Shown: positions 33,521 through 45,751, counted from the first letter of the stretch. The stretch: 64,000 nt of DNA from Opitutaceae bacterium (GCA_051252375.1 JBPOFY010000008.1:91485-155484); one strand, 5' to 3'. The notes: generated by a model from the letters alone, not told the origin. Program-made: numbers and translations.

Positions 33521-33886
33521 TCAAACAGGCAAAACTGGCGGACGCCCTTTCTTCCGCATCTTATCAAAATTGAACATATTGAAAAAATGCATCGCACCTA
33601 AAACCATCAGCACAATACCCACCTTTGTGGTTAAGTATTCAACGGCTTCGACGACTGCTTCAGGGCGTTTTCCATATTTTAAAAACATCAATACAAAGCC
33701 GAAGTTCACCAAGTAGAACCCGACGCGCAGCAAGTGATTGACTGCGTCCGCCATTTCGCCGTTTCCGCGAAAAGCTTCTACCAGGAATATGCGTCCTGCT
33801 TTATAGAGTGTTTGCGCCACCCAAACTGTCATCGCGAGCGTCGCGACGACATAGAGTGCGTAAGTTATTAAGACTATATTGTTCAT
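33521..33886 (-). CDS. Conserved 3-TM membrane protein
   Basis: 'YKAGRIFL...ADAVNHLLRVGFYLVNFG...LGAMHFFN'. Directly downstream of the regulator. Confidence 0.75.
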   Translation of the reverse strand: MNNIVLITYALYVVATLAMTVWVAQTLYKAGRIFLVEAFRGNGEMADAVNHLLRVGFYLVNFGFVLMFLKYGKRPEAVVEAVEYLTTKVGIVLMVLGAMHFFNMFNFDKMRKKGRPPVLPV

Positions 33887-33901
33887 TGTATTTCCTCCTT
33901 A

Positions 33902-34417
33902 TCATTTAAATCGTTTAACTAAGAATGGTAGCACTTTGCTCTGTTCCGATCGGGAGACCTTATCCAAAACCAAATTAGCGGTTTGGACGAATTCCGCCAA
34001 AGATGCGGTTTGCTGCGCAAAGAGCTGCTGCTCGGCGTCCTTCTTGTTGAAGGACTTTGAAGAAGACGTCTTGAGTAAGTTTAAAGCCGGGTCGATTTCG
34101 CGCCGCTTGCGCTCGCGAGCAATGATACAGAACATCGCCCAAACATCTTTCTCAGCCTCGAAATATTCTTTGCGGTCCCCCGGATAGGTGACGCGGCGAA
34201 TGAGCCCCCACCCGACCAAATCACGCAGATTGGAATTTGCATTCCCCCGGCTAATCTTCAGCGCATCCATCACCACGTTCGTGTCAGTCGGCTCGACCGC
34301 CAACATCAGATAGGCATGGATCTGCGCCATCGTCCGGTTGATCCCCCAGCAGCTGCCGAGCGTGCCCCACTGGGCAATGAAATCGTTCTTTAGTAGTGTA
34401 AATTCTTCGGCTTCCAT
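33902..34417 (-). CDS. GbsR/MarR-family transcriptional regulator
   Basis: 'FIAQWGTLGSCWGINRTMAQIHAYL', HTH 'ISRGNANSNLRDLVGWGLI', 'GDRKEYFEAEKDVW'. Confidence 0.88.
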   Translation of the reverse strand: MEAEEFTLLKNDFIAQWGTLGSCWGINRTMAQIHAYLMLAVEPTDTNVVMDALKISRGNANSNLRDLVGWGLIRRVTYPGDRKEYFEAEKDVWAMFCIIARERKRREIDPALNLLKTSSSKSFNKKDAEQQLFAQQTASLAEFVQTANLVLDKVSRSEQSKVLPFLVKRFK

Positions 34418-34422
34418 AACTG

Positions 34423-34446
34423 AACTTTCAGTAATTACTGAAAGTT
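34423..34446. promoter_or_regulatory. Perfect 24-bp palindromic operator immediately upstream of the regulator
   Basis: AACTTTCAGTAATTACTGAAAGTT, 5 nt before the ATG at 34417. Confidence 0.8.
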
Positions 34447-34499
34447 TGTCGAGCTTTATTTTCATGCTAGAACATTTTTCCACAAAGAATCACAACGCT

Positions 34500-34525
34500 G
34501 CGCGATACGGAAATCGCGCCCGACA
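34500..34525 (-). repeat. Single REP-like palindrome (GTCG head)
   Basis: Minus strand TGTCG-GGCGCGAT-TTCCGT-ATCGCGC. Confidence 0.5.
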
Positions 34526-34608
34526 ATTCAATAGAAAGTAATTTAAAGACACCAGTTGCAGAGAACCATAACTTGCTAAGGCAGCTACCATTAACTTAGC
34601 TGAAAAAC

Positions 34609-34950
34609 ATGATAACAAGCGCCCTCAAATACCTCATATTAATTACTACGATTATTTGTTCAGCCGCCTTCATTCTCAACTATAGTAAAGAGGCAAAGAG
34701 AATTACACAGATCCGAGATAATCTCCATGGATTTGCAGTTGAAGCAGCGAAACTCCCCTTTTCCTCGGACTGGAAAGAAATAATTCAAGAAGACGAATAT
34801 CCATATTTGGACTATACCAAACTCGAATTCATTCCAGTCCTCAAAGAAAGCCTACCACTAGGAAAACCATTCATAGTCTATCGAGATGTCGACAGAACAT
34901 ACGAAGTCTGGCTAGATGGTCATGTCGACATCAGAAAAACCGCACCATAG
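34609..34950 (+). CDS. Hypothetical protein (N-terminal TM, AT-rich)
   Basis: 113-aa ORF with a hydrophobic N-terminus and no recognised motif. Confidence 0.55.
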   Translation: MITSALKYLILITTIICSAAFILNYSKEAKRITQIRDNLHGFAVEAAKLPFSSDWKEIIQEDEYPYLDYTKLEFIPVLKESLPLGKPFIVYRDVDRTYEVWLDGHVDIRKTAP

Positions 34951-35115
34951 CCCACTAGAGTCGGTGTAAATAGCGCCCGAAGATTCAACTCGAAGCTGTG
35001 CACACAGAATGAAAGCATTCAAAATAATCGAAAGCTTCTTGGTGATTCTTTCCATTCTCAGGAGCGTCACTCTCGATGTTGCGCTTAAGGCGTAACCTTA
35101 AAAACTGAATCTTGG

Positions 35116-35196
35116 ACTACAAAATACGCGAAAAGCACGAAAGAATATGAATTGAATACGTATTGCTGGTTTCGCGACGTTCGTGCCTTTCGTAGT
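35116..35196. repeat. Nonamer-periodic imperfect inverted repeat
   Basis: ACTACAAAATACGCGAAAAGCACGAAA ... TTTCGCGACGTTCGTGCCTTTCGTAGT. A related half-site lies at 57263. Confidence 0.6.
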
Positions 35197-35264
35197 CAAA
35201 AAACTCCCAGCTAGTTAGCTAGTGAACTACGGCTAGCGCCGCGCGACACATCTATATTAGCGCA

Positions 35265-36080
35265 CTACCCGACTTTCTTTTTACGCGCTTCTTTCTCGTG
35301 TTCGCATTCGTCGAGGAAGGCGAGCAAGCGGCGGCGGTATTCGTAGAACTGGTCCGTCTCCATGATTTCCTCACGGCTGCGTGGGCGTTCGAATTCTATT
35401 TCCATAACCTCCCCCACTTTTGCGTGCGGGCCATTGGTCATCATACAAATCCGATCGGACATAAAGACCGCTTCGTCGGGATCGTGCGTGACCATCATTG
35501 TGGTGATCTTCTCCTTATCGAGAATGCGTAGAATGACATCTTGTAGCTCCATTCGTGTGAGCGAATCTAGGCGGCCAAGTGGCTCGTCGAGCAGTAACAT
35601 GCGAGGCTTGAGTGCAATCGCACGAGCGATACCGACGCGTTGCTGCATACCGCCAGACATTTCGCGTGGATACTTATGCATCGCATCTGATAGACCGACC
35701 ATGATGAGGGATGCCTCCACCACTTCTTTACGCTCTTGGCGGGTCGCATGTGGATAACTGCGCTTCACGCCGAGCATGACGTTTTGAAAGGACGTCATCC
35801 ACGGCAATAGGCATGGCGCTTGAAACACGACGGCACGATCCGGACCAGGACCATCGATTTCCTTGTTCGCGACGATGATGCCGCCGTCGGAAATCGGGCT
35901 CAGACCAGCAATCATATTCAACACGGTGGATTTACCGCAACCAGAGTGACCAATGATCGAGACGACATCGCCGCGCGGCACCTTCAGCTCGAAGCCGTCG
36001 ACCACTTTGATCTCATCCCCAAATGGATTGGGATAAGCTTTTACTAGGTTGAAAATTTCTACGTAACGTTCGTCGGACAT
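35265..36080 (-). CDS. nrtD: Nitrate-type ABC transporter ATP-binding protein
   Basis: 'GHSGCGKST', '[11 protein letters not shown]', '[13 protein letters not shown]', '[11 protein letters not shown]'. Confidence 0.85.
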   Translation of the reverse strand: MSDERYVEIFNLVKAYPNPFGDEIKVVDGFELKVPRGDVVSIIGHSGCGKSTVLNMIAGLSPISDGGIIVANKEIDGPGPDRAVVFQAPCLLPWMTSFQNVMLGVKRSYPHATRQERKEVVEASLIMVGLSDAMHKYPREMSGGMQQRVGIARAIALKPRMLLLDEPLGRLDSLTRMELQDVILRILDKEKITTMMVTHDPDEAVFMSDRICMMTNGPHAKVGEVMEIEFERPRSREEIMETDQFYEYRRRLLAFLDECEHEKEARKKKVG

Positions 36081-36110
36081 TTTAATAAATGGGTAATCGG
36101 TGAAGGCTGA

Positions 36111-37034
36111 TTATTTAAAGAAGGTCGTCTCACGATCGACGACTTTGGCGATGGCTGCGCGTCGACGCCCACGGGCGGGCTTCAACGGTAGCACTGAGAA
36201 ATCAATTGGCATAATCGAGGGCAACTCGACCACTGCCTGGCTGGCTTGTAGCGCTTTGGCTTCGTCGTTGAGGTTGACCATATACTTTGAGATATCGTTA
36301 CGCAGGCGACGGAAGGCCGGGTTGGTATTGAGCGTGGTGCGATTGCGCGGACGCGGAAGGTCTACAGGAAAGGGTTCGTCCAGAGTGGCTGCGGGGCCCA
36401 TCGTGAGCGGCACGATTCGGTCGGCCATCAGCACGGCCTCGTCGACGTCGTTGGTGATCATCACAATGGTGCGTTTATCACTTTCCCAAATATTGATAAT
36501 CTCGTCTTGGATGACGGCTCGCGTGAGCGCATCCAGCGCAGAGAGCGGCTCATCGAGAAGCAGGACTTCCGGCTTCATTGATAGTGTGCGAGCCAATGAA
36601 GCACGTTGCCGCATGCCACCGGAAAGTTCGGATGGCTTTTTACCGAGCGCAGGCAGCAAGTTCACCATGCCGACGTATTTTTCGACGTGCTCTTTGAGCT
36701 CTTGCTTACTGTATTTCGGGAAGACTTGTTTCACCGCTAGCGCGACATTTTCAAACACGGTCAACCACGGAAGCAGCGAATAGTTTTGGAACATGATACC
36801 CAAACGCGGCGACGGTTCGGTGATCACCTTACCTCCGATTCGGATCTGCCCCTTATCGGGCTGAATCAATCCGGCGAGCAAAGAAATCAATGTCGATTTG
36901 CCAGCACCAGAGAATCCGACGATCGCAACAAATTCGTTTTCTTCGACAGATAGGTTCACATCGGTGAGCACTTCGGTGCGATTATCGTAAGGGCCGAAGC
37001 CAACACTCGCATTATCAATTTCTAAATAGGACAT
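36111..37034 (-). CDS. nrtC: Nitrate-type ABC transporter ATP-binding protein
   Basis: 'GFSGAGKST', '[11 protein letters not shown]', 'LSGGMRQR', 'MITNDVDEA'. Confidence 0.8.
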   Translation of the reverse strand: MSYLEIDNASVGFGPYDNRTEVLTDVNLSVEENEFVAIVGFSGAGKSTLISLLAGLIQPDKGQIRIGGKVITEPSPRLGIMFQNYSLLPWLTVFENVALAVKQVFPKYSKQELKEHVEKYVGMVNLLPALGKKPSELSGGMRQRASLARTLSMKPEVLLLDEPLSALDALTRAVIQDEIINIWESDKRTIVMITNDVDEAVLMADRIVPLTMGPAATLDEPFPVDLPRPRNRTTLNTNPAFRRLRNDISKYMVNLNDEAKALQASQAVVELPSIMPIDFSVLPLKPARGRRRAAIAKVVDRETTFFK

Positions 37035-37131
37035 GTTATAAATGGGTAATTGCTAATAATTAATGGCTAATCTTTTGACTGAACATTTAGTAATTATTTA
37101 TTAGCTATGATGCATTGGGTAATGCTTCGCA

Positions 37132-38760
37132 TTACAAAGACGTGCCGCTTTCGTCGAAGGAGACGAAGCGCTGCAGAACGATCATCAGACGGTCGAGGCA
37201 GAAGCCGATGATCCCGACTACGAAACAGGCGTAGATGATGTTCGCGAAGGAGAAGGAAGATCCGTTTTGATATTCATCCCAAACAAATTTACCGAGACCG
37301 TCGGAAGATGAGAGCGCTTCGGCAGCGATCAGAACCATCCACCCCACTCCGAGCGAAATACGCAGACCGGCAAAGATCAAAGGCATGGCAGAAGGAATGA
37401 TGATCTTGGTGAGACGCTCCCAGAAGTTGAGGCGTAGCACGCGGGCAACATTGATATGATCCTTATCAATCGAAGCCACGCCGAGTGCGGTGTTCACTAA
37501 TGCGGGCCAGACCGCACACATTGCCACGGTGCAACCAGAAAAGATCAATGCCGGGTTCACTCCAAGATTCCCGATGAACGGCAAGCTATTGAAGAATAGG
37601 AAGAATGGGTGTGATTCTGGATCCGGGAAAAAAGCGCCGACTACGATCTGAAAGATCAATAGCCAGACCACGGGTGAGACGGGTTTGAAAATCGAAATGA
37701 TCGGTGTCAAACAAGCCATCGCGATACGACTCAGTCCACAAAGGATGCCGACCGGTATCGCAATAATCGCGGCGACCACAAACCCGACGAAGACAGTGAA
37801 GATACTACGCTTAACCTGAAGGTAAACCGTCATCGCAGAAGCGTATTGCTGTTTCTCTAGGCGCTCGATCGAGTCTTCTGCTCGCACGACTTTTTTGGCT
37901 TCGCTTATAGCTGCCTTGGCTGTAGTCGCCTCGGCAAGCTTGGCTTCGTAGCCGACCAGCTTCTCTTCTGCCTCAAGCACCTTCATACTGCGATTTGACT
38001 GAGAGAGGAAATCCACGCGCTTCTTCAAAAACTGCACTTGGTCGGCCACTGCATTCACATCCAGTCGGGCTGACTCAAGCGGCTCATATTTATCGGAACG
38101 AATAGTATCGATCTGATCTTTAATGATGGATTCGGCAGCACGCGATTCGTCCTTCGCAACACCTTCGGCTCGAATCGCCGCAAGTAGTGCTGCAGTCGTT
38201 CCAGTGCCGGCTTCGATCCCGGCAGCTGCCTCAGCAACAAGGGCTTTCTTCTCAGCTTCGATCGCATCGTATGTGGCCTTCACCTCATCGAGCTTCTTCT
38301 GATGCGGTGCTAAGCGGGCTTCAAGAACTTGTGTGTAGTTTGATTCGTGTTGGGTCAGCTTCGCTTCGAGTGCAGTGAGTATCACACTCTTACTCTCCAT
38401 CTCTGCTTCAACAGCAGCTAGGGCGGCAAGACGTTCATCACCGACAAGTAGGAAATCAGACTGTTTCGTTTTTTCACGCTCACTGAAAGTGTGATTAATC
38501 CGTGCCGATTGCATCACCACGTCGGGCGTCGGCACCTCACCCGACTTCGTTTTGTGATTGGGCGCAACGGTCCACCACACCCACACACAGAAACAGATGA
38601 ACATGATCGGTATGATTAAAAATTTAAAAATCGCTTCCAGTTGCTTCTTGGGTTCCTCACGGAAAGCCAAGCGCACGATTGGGTCGAACACGGTGAAACC
38701 GGTTACATCCAAAAAGCGGAGGATCTTATACTTAATTGCGTCTGCAGTTTTTTCGGCCAT
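37132..38760 (-). CDS. nrtB: Nitrate-type ABC transporter permease with a long coiled-coil insertion
   Basis: 'FKPVSPVVW', '[12 protein letters not shown]', '[17 protein letters not shown]', 'GLGKFVWDE'. Confidence 0.85.
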   Translation of the reverse strand: MAEKTADAIKYKILRFLDVTGFTVFDPIVRLAFREEPKKQLEAIFKFLIIPIMFICFCVWVWWTVAPNHKTKSGEVPTPDVVMQSARINHTFSEREKTKQSDFLLVGDERLAALAAVEAEMESKSVILTALEAKLTQHESNYTQVLEARLAPHQKKLDEVKATYDAIEAEKKALVAEAAAGIEAGTGTTAALLAAIRAEGVAKDESRAAESIIKDQIDTIRSDKYEPLESARLDVNAVADQVQFLKKRVDFLSQSNRSMKVLEAEEKLVGYEAKLAEATTAKAAISEAKKVVRAEDSIERLEKQQYASAMTVYLQVKRSIFTVFVGFVVAAIIAIPVGILCGLSRIAMACLTPIISIFKPVSPVVWLLIFQIVVGAFFPDPESHPFFLFFNSLPFIGNLGVNPALIFSGCTVAMCAVWPALVNTALGVASIDKDHINVARVLRLNFWERLTKIIIPSAMPLIFAGLRISLGVGWMVLIAAEALSSSDGLGKFVWDEYQNGSSFSFANIIYACFVVGIIGFCLDRLMIVLQRFVSFDESGTSL

Positions 38761-38801
38761 GAGAATTTCGTGAGTAGAAAGAGTGTATTATTCACCCATC
38801 G

Positions 38802-38835
38802 AGTCCCCCTCCTGATAAAATACAGGAGGGGGACT
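38802..38835 (-). other. Intercistronic GC-rich hairpin between nrtA and nrtB
   Basis: AGTCCCCCTCCTG-8nt-CAGGAGGGGGACT with no U-tract in the sense direction. Confidence 0.65.
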
Positions 38836-38870
38836 GAAAGGCTGTCTTACGCGATGAGCGTAATGATTTT

Positions 38871-40226
<1,356 letters not shown>

Positions 40227-40249
40227 ATTTATTAGTTTCTAGTTAGTAT

Positions 40250-41308
40250 TTAGTTTACTGCAGTGCACATGGCTTGCTCGTAAATGGATTCGCGATAAAC
40301 GCGGGAAATCATCGCCTCCGTGAATGGCTTCGTGCTCGCGTGCGGCACGTAGCGACATAAATCTTCGTAGACGAGGCTGGCGCGAGTGACGTCTGGTCTG
40401 TTCATCTCGCCTCCGCTGAAGCGGATAAAGGAGCCGGTCGAAACACGGTCATAGCCCATCGGGAAACTGCCACAAAGTGCGTGGGCGAGCGTTTCCGGGC
40501 GGCAGTTCAAATACTCTGGCTTGGAGAGTATGTTTAAAATCTCTTCACGTTGATCAGCAGAATCACAAAGCTCGCAGGCTTTATGCAGCACTTGGATCAT
40601 TTGAATGTATTCGTCAGGACGATAGGAGTAAAAACGTTCGGTCGTGGCTAAGACTTTCTCTGGGTAACCTTCCGATATTTCCTCGCTGGTTGCAGGGCAC
40701 CAACCTAGGCCCTCTTCGATCGCGAGAGAGTTCCACGGTTCGCCGACACAGAACCCGTCGATATTCTTCGAAGCAATGTTACGCACCATTTGCTCCGGCG
40801 GTAACACAGATATAATGACATCTTCGTTCGGGTTGATGCCATGCGCTTCCAACCAACGACAAAGTATAAAGTGATGCGAGGAAGACAACGAGACGACCCC
40901 GAGAACCAACTTGCGAGGACGAAAGCCACTCTTGAGATAGCGCCGTAAACTGGCGCCGTCATCGACTCCCTCATTGTGCAGGTCTGTGGATAGCGTGATG
41001 GCATTGCCATTACAGTTGAGAACCATCCCGGCGATTACATCGCTCTTAGCTACGTTGACGCCTTGCTGCATAATAAAGGGCATAGGACTGAGCGCCTGCG
41101 CTACATCCAGTTCTCCGAATGCAAGTTTATCGCGAATAGTGGCCCACCCGACTTCACGGATGAGTTCAACATCCAGACCCGCGTCGCGAAACATTCCCAG
41201 ACTGTCGGCCACAATCAGCGGTGCGGCATCCAATAAGCGCACGTAGCCCAGTCGTATCGATGAACTGCGACGTGTGCGCATTGAAATATCTAGCGTAGGT
41301 TTAATCAT
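40250..41308 (-). CDS. Cytoplasmic NrtA-like protein (NasS-type nitrate sensor)
   Basis: '[11 protein letters not shown]', 'WATIRDKL', 'LPPEQMV', 'FCVGEPWNS'. No signal peptide. Start may be 41281. Confidence 0.75.
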   Translation of the reverse strand: MIKPTLDISMRTRRSSSIRLGYVRLLDAAPLIVADSLGMFRDAGLDVELIREVGWATIRDKLAFGELDVAQALSPMPFIMQQGVNVAKSDVIAGMVLNCNGNAITLSTDLHNEGVDDGASLRRYLKSGFRPRKLVLGVVSLSSSHHFILCRWLEAHGINPNEDVIISVLPPEQMVRNIASKNIDGFCVGEPWNSLAIEEGLGWCPATSEEISEGYPEKVLATTERFYSYRPDEYIQMIQVLHKACELCDSADQREEILNILSKPEYLNCRPETLAHALCGSFPMGYDRVSTGSFIRFSGGEMNRPDVTRASLVYEDLCRYVPHASTKPFTEAMISRVYRESIYEQAMCTAVN

Positions 41309-41341
41309 TCTATGCCAGAATTAGCATTGACCATACCCAAG

Positions 41342-41380
41342 TCATAAATAAATGAAATCAATGCATTAATGAATTTAATG
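41342..41380. promoter_or_regulatory. Putative LysR binding region in the divergent promoter
   Basis: CATTAA-N5-TTAATG (41364-41380, fits T-N11-A) and TCAT-N6-ATGA (41342-41355). Confidence 0.5.
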
Positions 41381-41390
41381 AATTTTGCTC

Positions 41391-42344
41391 ATGATCGAAA
41401 CAATTGATAGTCGCCAACTACTCGCCTTCTGCACGCTCGTGCAAACGGGGAGCTTCACTGAAACCGCCCGCATACTCAGCCTAACGCAGTCTGCCATTAG
41501 CCACTCGATTAAAAATCTAGAGACTGATTTACGCTGCCAATTAGTCACTCGAACCGGGCGAAAAATAAATATCACCGAAGACGGTCAAGAGCTCTACAAA
41601 GATGCACAAAACATTCTTAATCAGATGGAAGGGGCACGATCGAGAATCCAAGATCGTGCCAATTGGGGGCGCGGCCGACTACGCGTAGGTGCCAGCACAA
41701 CTGCATGCCAATACATCCTCCCGAACGTCCTTAGGGAATTCAATGAATGCTTCCCTGACTGCATCCTTACGATCACGCCGGCGGACACCCCTCAACTGCT
41801 CGAAATGACTCGTCGGCATGAGCTCGATTTAGCGATCGTCGTCGACCCGACCGGTGTCAGCGATGTCACAATTAAGACATTATTTTCTGATGAGCTAATT
41901 TTAGTCACATCTCCAATTCACCCTTTTGCACAAATGGGGACAGTGAAAATGAGCAATATTGCGCAGGAGCGTCTCGTTTTATACAATAAGAGCAGTCACA
42001 CCTTCCGTTTAATTGAGCATTTCTTCCATCAGAATAAAGTCGCGATGCAAAATTACATCGAATTAGGGAGTATGGAAGCGATCAAGGAGTTGGTAAAAAT
42101 CAACTACGGCGTCAGCTTCCTCGCATCTTGGATCGTGGAAAATGAAATCAACGTCGGCAGCCTAGTTCATGTGCCAACAGGTCGCGTAAAAATGAATCGG
42201 AACTGGGGCATCTGCCACGCAAAGGATAAAAAGCTCTCCATCACCGAAGAAACCTTCCTCGGTATTTGCGAATCGGTCGCCACGAGCATGCGGCCTAAGC
42301 ACAAAGCGAAAAAAGCGACTAAGAAACAGGCTAAAAAGAAATAA
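41391..42344 (+). CDS. LysR-family transcriptional regulator
   Basis: HTH '[25 protein letters not shown]', 'LRVGASTT', '[12 protein letters not shown]'. Confidence 0.92.
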   Translation: MIETIDSRQLLAFCTLVQTGSFTETARILSLTQSAISHSIKNLETDLRCQLVTRTGRKINITEDGQELYKDAQNILNQMEGARSRIQDRANWGRGRLRVGASTTACQYILPNVLREFNECFPDCILTITPADTPQLLEMTRRHELDLAIVVDPTGVSDVTIKTLFSDELILVTSPIHPFAQMGTVKMSNIAQERLVLYNKSSHTFRLIEHFFHQNKVAMQNYIELGSMEAIKELVKINYGVSFLASWIVENEINVGSLVHVPTGRVKMNRNWGICHAKDKKLSITEETFLGICESVATSMRPKHKAKKATKKQAKKK

Positions 42345-42356
42345 GACAACACTCGG

Positions 42357-43361
42357 CTATCCGCCGATGTATGACATTTCTACTTTCGAGCGGGGACCAC
42401 CTTCATCCGTGCGCACTTCCGAGTATCGGTCATCACGCGCGCCCCAGTGTTTCGACAAGAGATCGAAGAGTTTCGACTTATCGTAACCCTCCGCTCGCAA
42501 GACTGACTTAAGATCCAGGCCCTGACTGGCAAAGAGGCAGGTGTAAAGTTTACCATCAGCAGAAATACGAGCCCGTGTGCAGCCGCCACAAAAAGGCTGA
42601 GTCACCGAAGTGATCAATCCGATTTCCCCCGAGCCATCGGTGTAACGGTAGCGTTTCGCCACTTCGTGCTCCGAGCTCAGGTCCAGCGGTTCCACCTGAA
42701 ACTCCGACTGAATTTGCTCCAATATTTCACGTCCGCTCACCACCCGCTCCATTTTCCAGCCATTGTGGTTGCCGACATCCATAAACTCAATGAAGCGAAG
42801 AGTCACTCCTAGCTCTTTAAAATATCGAGCCATGGGTAAAATTTCACCGTCATTGACGCCGCGTTCGACGACCATATTGACCTTCACTTGAAATCCTTCG
42901 TGCCGCGCCGCCGCAATACCTGCCAGCACCGCTCTCGGTGCTATGCCACGACCATTCATTTTTCCTGCGATCTCAGGATCGAGCGCATCGAGACTCACTG
43001 TCACCCGATCCAGCCCAGCTTCCTTCAAATGACCGACACGCTCTGCGAGGCGCAGACCATTCGTAGTCAAAGCGATGTCCTCGATCTTGTGCAAATGCTT
43101 CAGACCGTGAATATATTTATCTAGCCCAGGACGCAATAGAGGCTCGCCCCCCGTCAACCGGACCTTCTTCACGCCCAACTGGACAAAGGTCGCCACTAAG
43201 TCGTCGAGCTCAGAAAAGCGCAGCCACTCGTCTTTTTTCAAAAACACATAATCTGCCCCAAAAATCTCTTTCGGCATGCAGTAAGTGCAGCGCAAATTAC
43301 ACCGATCCGTCAGCGAGATCCGCAAATCTGTGAGCCCGCGCCCTCTTTTATCGGTTACCAT
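42357..43361 (-). CDS. moaA: GTP 3',8-cyclase MoaA
   Basis: 'LRISLTDRCNLRCTYCMP', 'RLTGGEP', 'FCGGCTRAR...CLF', C-terminal 'MSYIGG'. Confidence 0.95.
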   Translation of the reverse strand: MVTDKRGRGLTDLRISLTDRCNLRCTYCMPKEIFGADYVFLKKDEWLRFSELDDLVATFVQLGVKKVRLTGGEPLLRPGLDKYIHGLKHLHKIEDIALTTNGLRLAERVGHLKEAGLDRVTVSLDALDPEIAGKMNGRGIAPRAVLAGIAAARHEGFQVKVNMVVERGVNDGEILPMARYFKELGVTLRFIEFMDVGNHNGWKMERVVSGREILEQIQSEFQVEPLDLSSEHEVAKRYRYTDGSGEIGLITSVTQPFCGGCTRARISADGKLYTCLFASQGLDLKSVLRAEGYDKSKLFDLLSKHWGARDDRYSEVRTDEGGPRSKVEMSYIGG

Positions 43362-43452
43362 TGCCTATTTATTGGTGATGCTAAGACGAAATCCAAGCAG
43401 TTAATACAACTCCAGGCGGCTTTGCTCGTTTTATGAATCAAGAGCTTGTCGA

Positions 43453-44712
43453 ATGATGAAGCCCGCGAATACACTCAAACACACATTAGACACAAAACCT
43501 CTACGCATGAAAGCACTCATCAGTCCAGATACAGCCAAAGATCTGATCGCACAGCACCTAAACTCCATCGAGAGTATCAGTTGCCCACTCAACAAATGTG
43601 CTCGTCGGGTGCTTCGCCAAACAGTTGTCGCGGATCGACCTTTCCCACCATTCAATCGTTCTATGATGGATGGTTTTGCGATACGCGCCCAAGACATCGA
43701 CGACCAAGGGATCTTTAAAATCGCGATTCAAATGCCAGCCGGTAGCCCGTCACAAAAGATTGGCCCCGAAAAAGCACATTGCGCAGAAATCATGACAGGC
43801 GCCGTCGTGCCAGAAGACGCCGACTGTGTCGTTCCCTACGAAGGCACAGAACGTATTGATTCGGAAACCATACAACTCCTGCAACCGGGCAAACACCACG
43901 CTGGTGATTGCATCCATCCATACGCCAGTGATCGACCTGAAGGTGAAACATCACTCCAGCCCGGCATCCAAATCGGTAGCCGAGAGGTCGCGGTCGCGGC
44001 CAGCTGTGGCTACAACGAGCTGCAAGTCTCCAAGATCCCCGCTATCGCCATCGTCAGCACGGGGGATGAACTCGTCAATGTCGCCAGCCAGCCAGAAGCC
44101 CATCAAATACGCCGATCCAATGACATCGCGATCGAAACTGCGCTCGCTGGCGTGCACCTCTACGCTCAAGAACGCGCACACCTTCCAGACGATGCGGACA
44201 TATCCAAAAAACAACTGCAGAGCTTAATCGAGACAAACGACATCGTCATCATTAGCGGTGGCATTTCGATGGGAAAGAAGGACTACATCCCTGGCGCATT
44301 GGATGAGCTGGGACTAAGCGGCCACTTCCACGGCATCAGCCAGAAACCCGGCAAGCCGATGGGCTTCTGGAGCAACGCACAGTGCGCCGTCTTCACACTA
44401 CCGGGCAACCCAAGCTCCACGCTCACTTGCCTCCATCACTACGTCATCCCCGCACTCTTTCGTGCAATGGGGCAGACAGAGTTTGCACCAACACGACCCG
44501 TGACCATCGATGCACCCATCAAAGCACGTGACGACCTCACTATTTTTTCGCCTGTTAAAATCTCTCAAGGTAATCAAGCCAGCCCACGCCCGACGAACAA
44601 TTCGGGCGACCTCGTCCGCATACTAGACAGCGACGGCTATATTGAAGTGACTCCCACAAAGGATAAGTCCTACCCTGCGGGCACTACCTTCGAGTTCCAC
44701 TCTTGGCATTGA
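43453..44712 (+). CDS. moeA: Molybdopterin molybdotransferase MoeA
   Basis: 'PPFNRSMMDGFA', 'IMTGA', 'STGDEL', 'SGGISMGKKD', 'KPGKP', 'LPGNP'. Start may be 43507. Confidence 0.93.
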   Translation: MMKPANTLKHTLDTKPLRMKALISPDTAKDLIAQHLNSIESISCPLNKCARRVLRQTVVADRPFPPFNRSMMDGFAIRAQDIDDQGIFKIAIQMPAGSPSQKIGPEKAHCAEIMTGAVVPEDADCVVPYEGTERIDSETIQLLQPGKHHAGDCIHPYASDRPEGETSLQPGIQIGSREVAVAASCGYNELQVSKIPAIAIVSTGDELVNVASQPEAHQIRRSNDIAIETALAGVHLYAQERAHLPDDADISKKQLQSLIETNDIVIISGGISMGKKDYIPGALDELGLSGHFHGISQKPGKPMGFWSNAQCAVFTLPGNPSSTLTCLHHYVIPALFRAMGQTEFAPTRPVTIDAPIKARDDLTIFSPVKISQGNQASPRPTNNSGDLVRILDSDGYIEVTPTKDKSYPAGTTFEFHSWH

Positions 44713-44717
44713 TTACG

Positions 44718-45365
44718 ATGCCCTACGAATCCATTCCATACGAAGTCGAAGAGGTGCCACTGCCAAAACGTGTCGCGGCTTTCATCGACGAAGCCGACAA
44801 GCGTTGCGACGAGTTCTACGATGCGAAGCTCAACAAACGCTTCCCTCGTTACGTGCCCAGTGAGCCCGCGCAAGTCTATGCCGCGCTCCAATATGTGACG
44901 AAACAAGGGCTGCCGATGGGCACGAACTTTGTCGAATGGGGCAGCGGTTTTGGCGTCGGGACTGGTCTCGCCGCACTCCTCGACTATGACGCCACGGGGA
45001 TCGAAATCGAAACCACACTCGTGAGTAAAGCGGAGGAACTCTTAGCAGATCAAGGTATCGATGCCGAATTTATCGCCACTAGCTATATCCCGGAAGGCTA
45101 CATCAGCTACGACGCAGTTGGCGGCGGCGACATCGTTCCCGATGACAGCTTTGGTCACTCACTCGACCACCGCCCGCGTTATGAAGACATGGATATCGAC
45201 GTGGAAGAGATCGATCTATTCTTCGTCTATCCTTGGCCCGGCGAGCAGGAAATGATGCTTAAACTTTTCGACGCAGTTGCAGGCGAAGGTGCCATACTCG
45301 TCGCCTATTACGGCGATCGAGACATCTGCATCTATCGGAAAACCGAGAGCGACTTTGTCGACTAG
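44718..45365 (+). CDS. Class I SAM-dependent methyltransferase-like protein
   Basis: Motif I 'FVEWGSGFG', 'GIEIE', 'FVYPWPGE'. Confidence 0.7.
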   Translation: MPYESIPYEVEEVPLPKRVAAFIDEADKRCDEFYDAKLNKRFPRYVPSEPAQVYAALQYVTKQGLPMGTNFVEWGSGFGVGTGLAALLDYDATGIEIETTLVSKAEELLADQGIDAEFIATSYIPEGYISYDAVGGGDIVPDDSFGHSLDHRPRYEDMDIDVEEIDLFFVYPWPGEQEMMLKLFDAVAGEGAILVAYYGDRDICIYRKTESDFVD

Positions 45366-45751
45366 AATTTAGGCAGCGTGCCTTTAATTGATGGACCCAC
45401 TTGGTCGGCCTTCAATCCCTCGACAGTCTCAGGTGCTATACCAATCTCCTGTTCAACTGATTCAACGACTGCCTCCATCTTCTCAGTAGCAGCTTCTTGA
45501 ACCTCAGCAACCTTCTCTTCAGCCTCGGCTACTTTTTCAGCAACGACTTCTTTCACTTCAGCCACCACTTCTTCTACTTCAGCCTCGGCTTGTTGCGCTA
45601 TTGCTTGAATGTCTTCTTTCGCATCAGCCAAAACCGCTTCGCTTTGCGTCTCTTCGACAACAGGTTCAACAGTGACTTCCTCCTTTTTGCCACATGCGGC
45701 AAGTATAACGAGGAATAGGCAGGCGAGTATTGTTTGGATCGATGTTTTCAT
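45362..45751 (-). CDS. Acidic low-complexity lipoprotein
   Basis: Lipobox 'LAAC' followed by E/A/V-rich helical repeats. Confidence 0.65.
   Translation of the reverse strand: MKTSIQTILACLFLVILAACGKKEEVTVEPVVEETQSEAVLADAKEDIQAIAQQAEAEVEEVVAEVKEVVAEKVAEAEEKVAEVQEAATEKMEAVVESVEQEIGIAPETVEGLKADQVGPSIKGTLPKF

Noticed and set aside
34985..35095. Minus-strand peptide 'EAFDYFECFH' reminiscent of an IS3 transposase C-terminus
   Set aside because: The match is too short, with no flanking transposase sequence or terminal repeats.
31823..35260. Genomic island integrated at tRNA-Arg
   Set aside because: The region lies at the tRNA 5' side, and no integrase or duplicated tRNA 3' end was found.
41300..41320. 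Sigma-54 promoter for the nitrate operon (CTGGCAT on the minus strand)
   Set aside because: The -12 position reads TT rather than GC at GG-N10.
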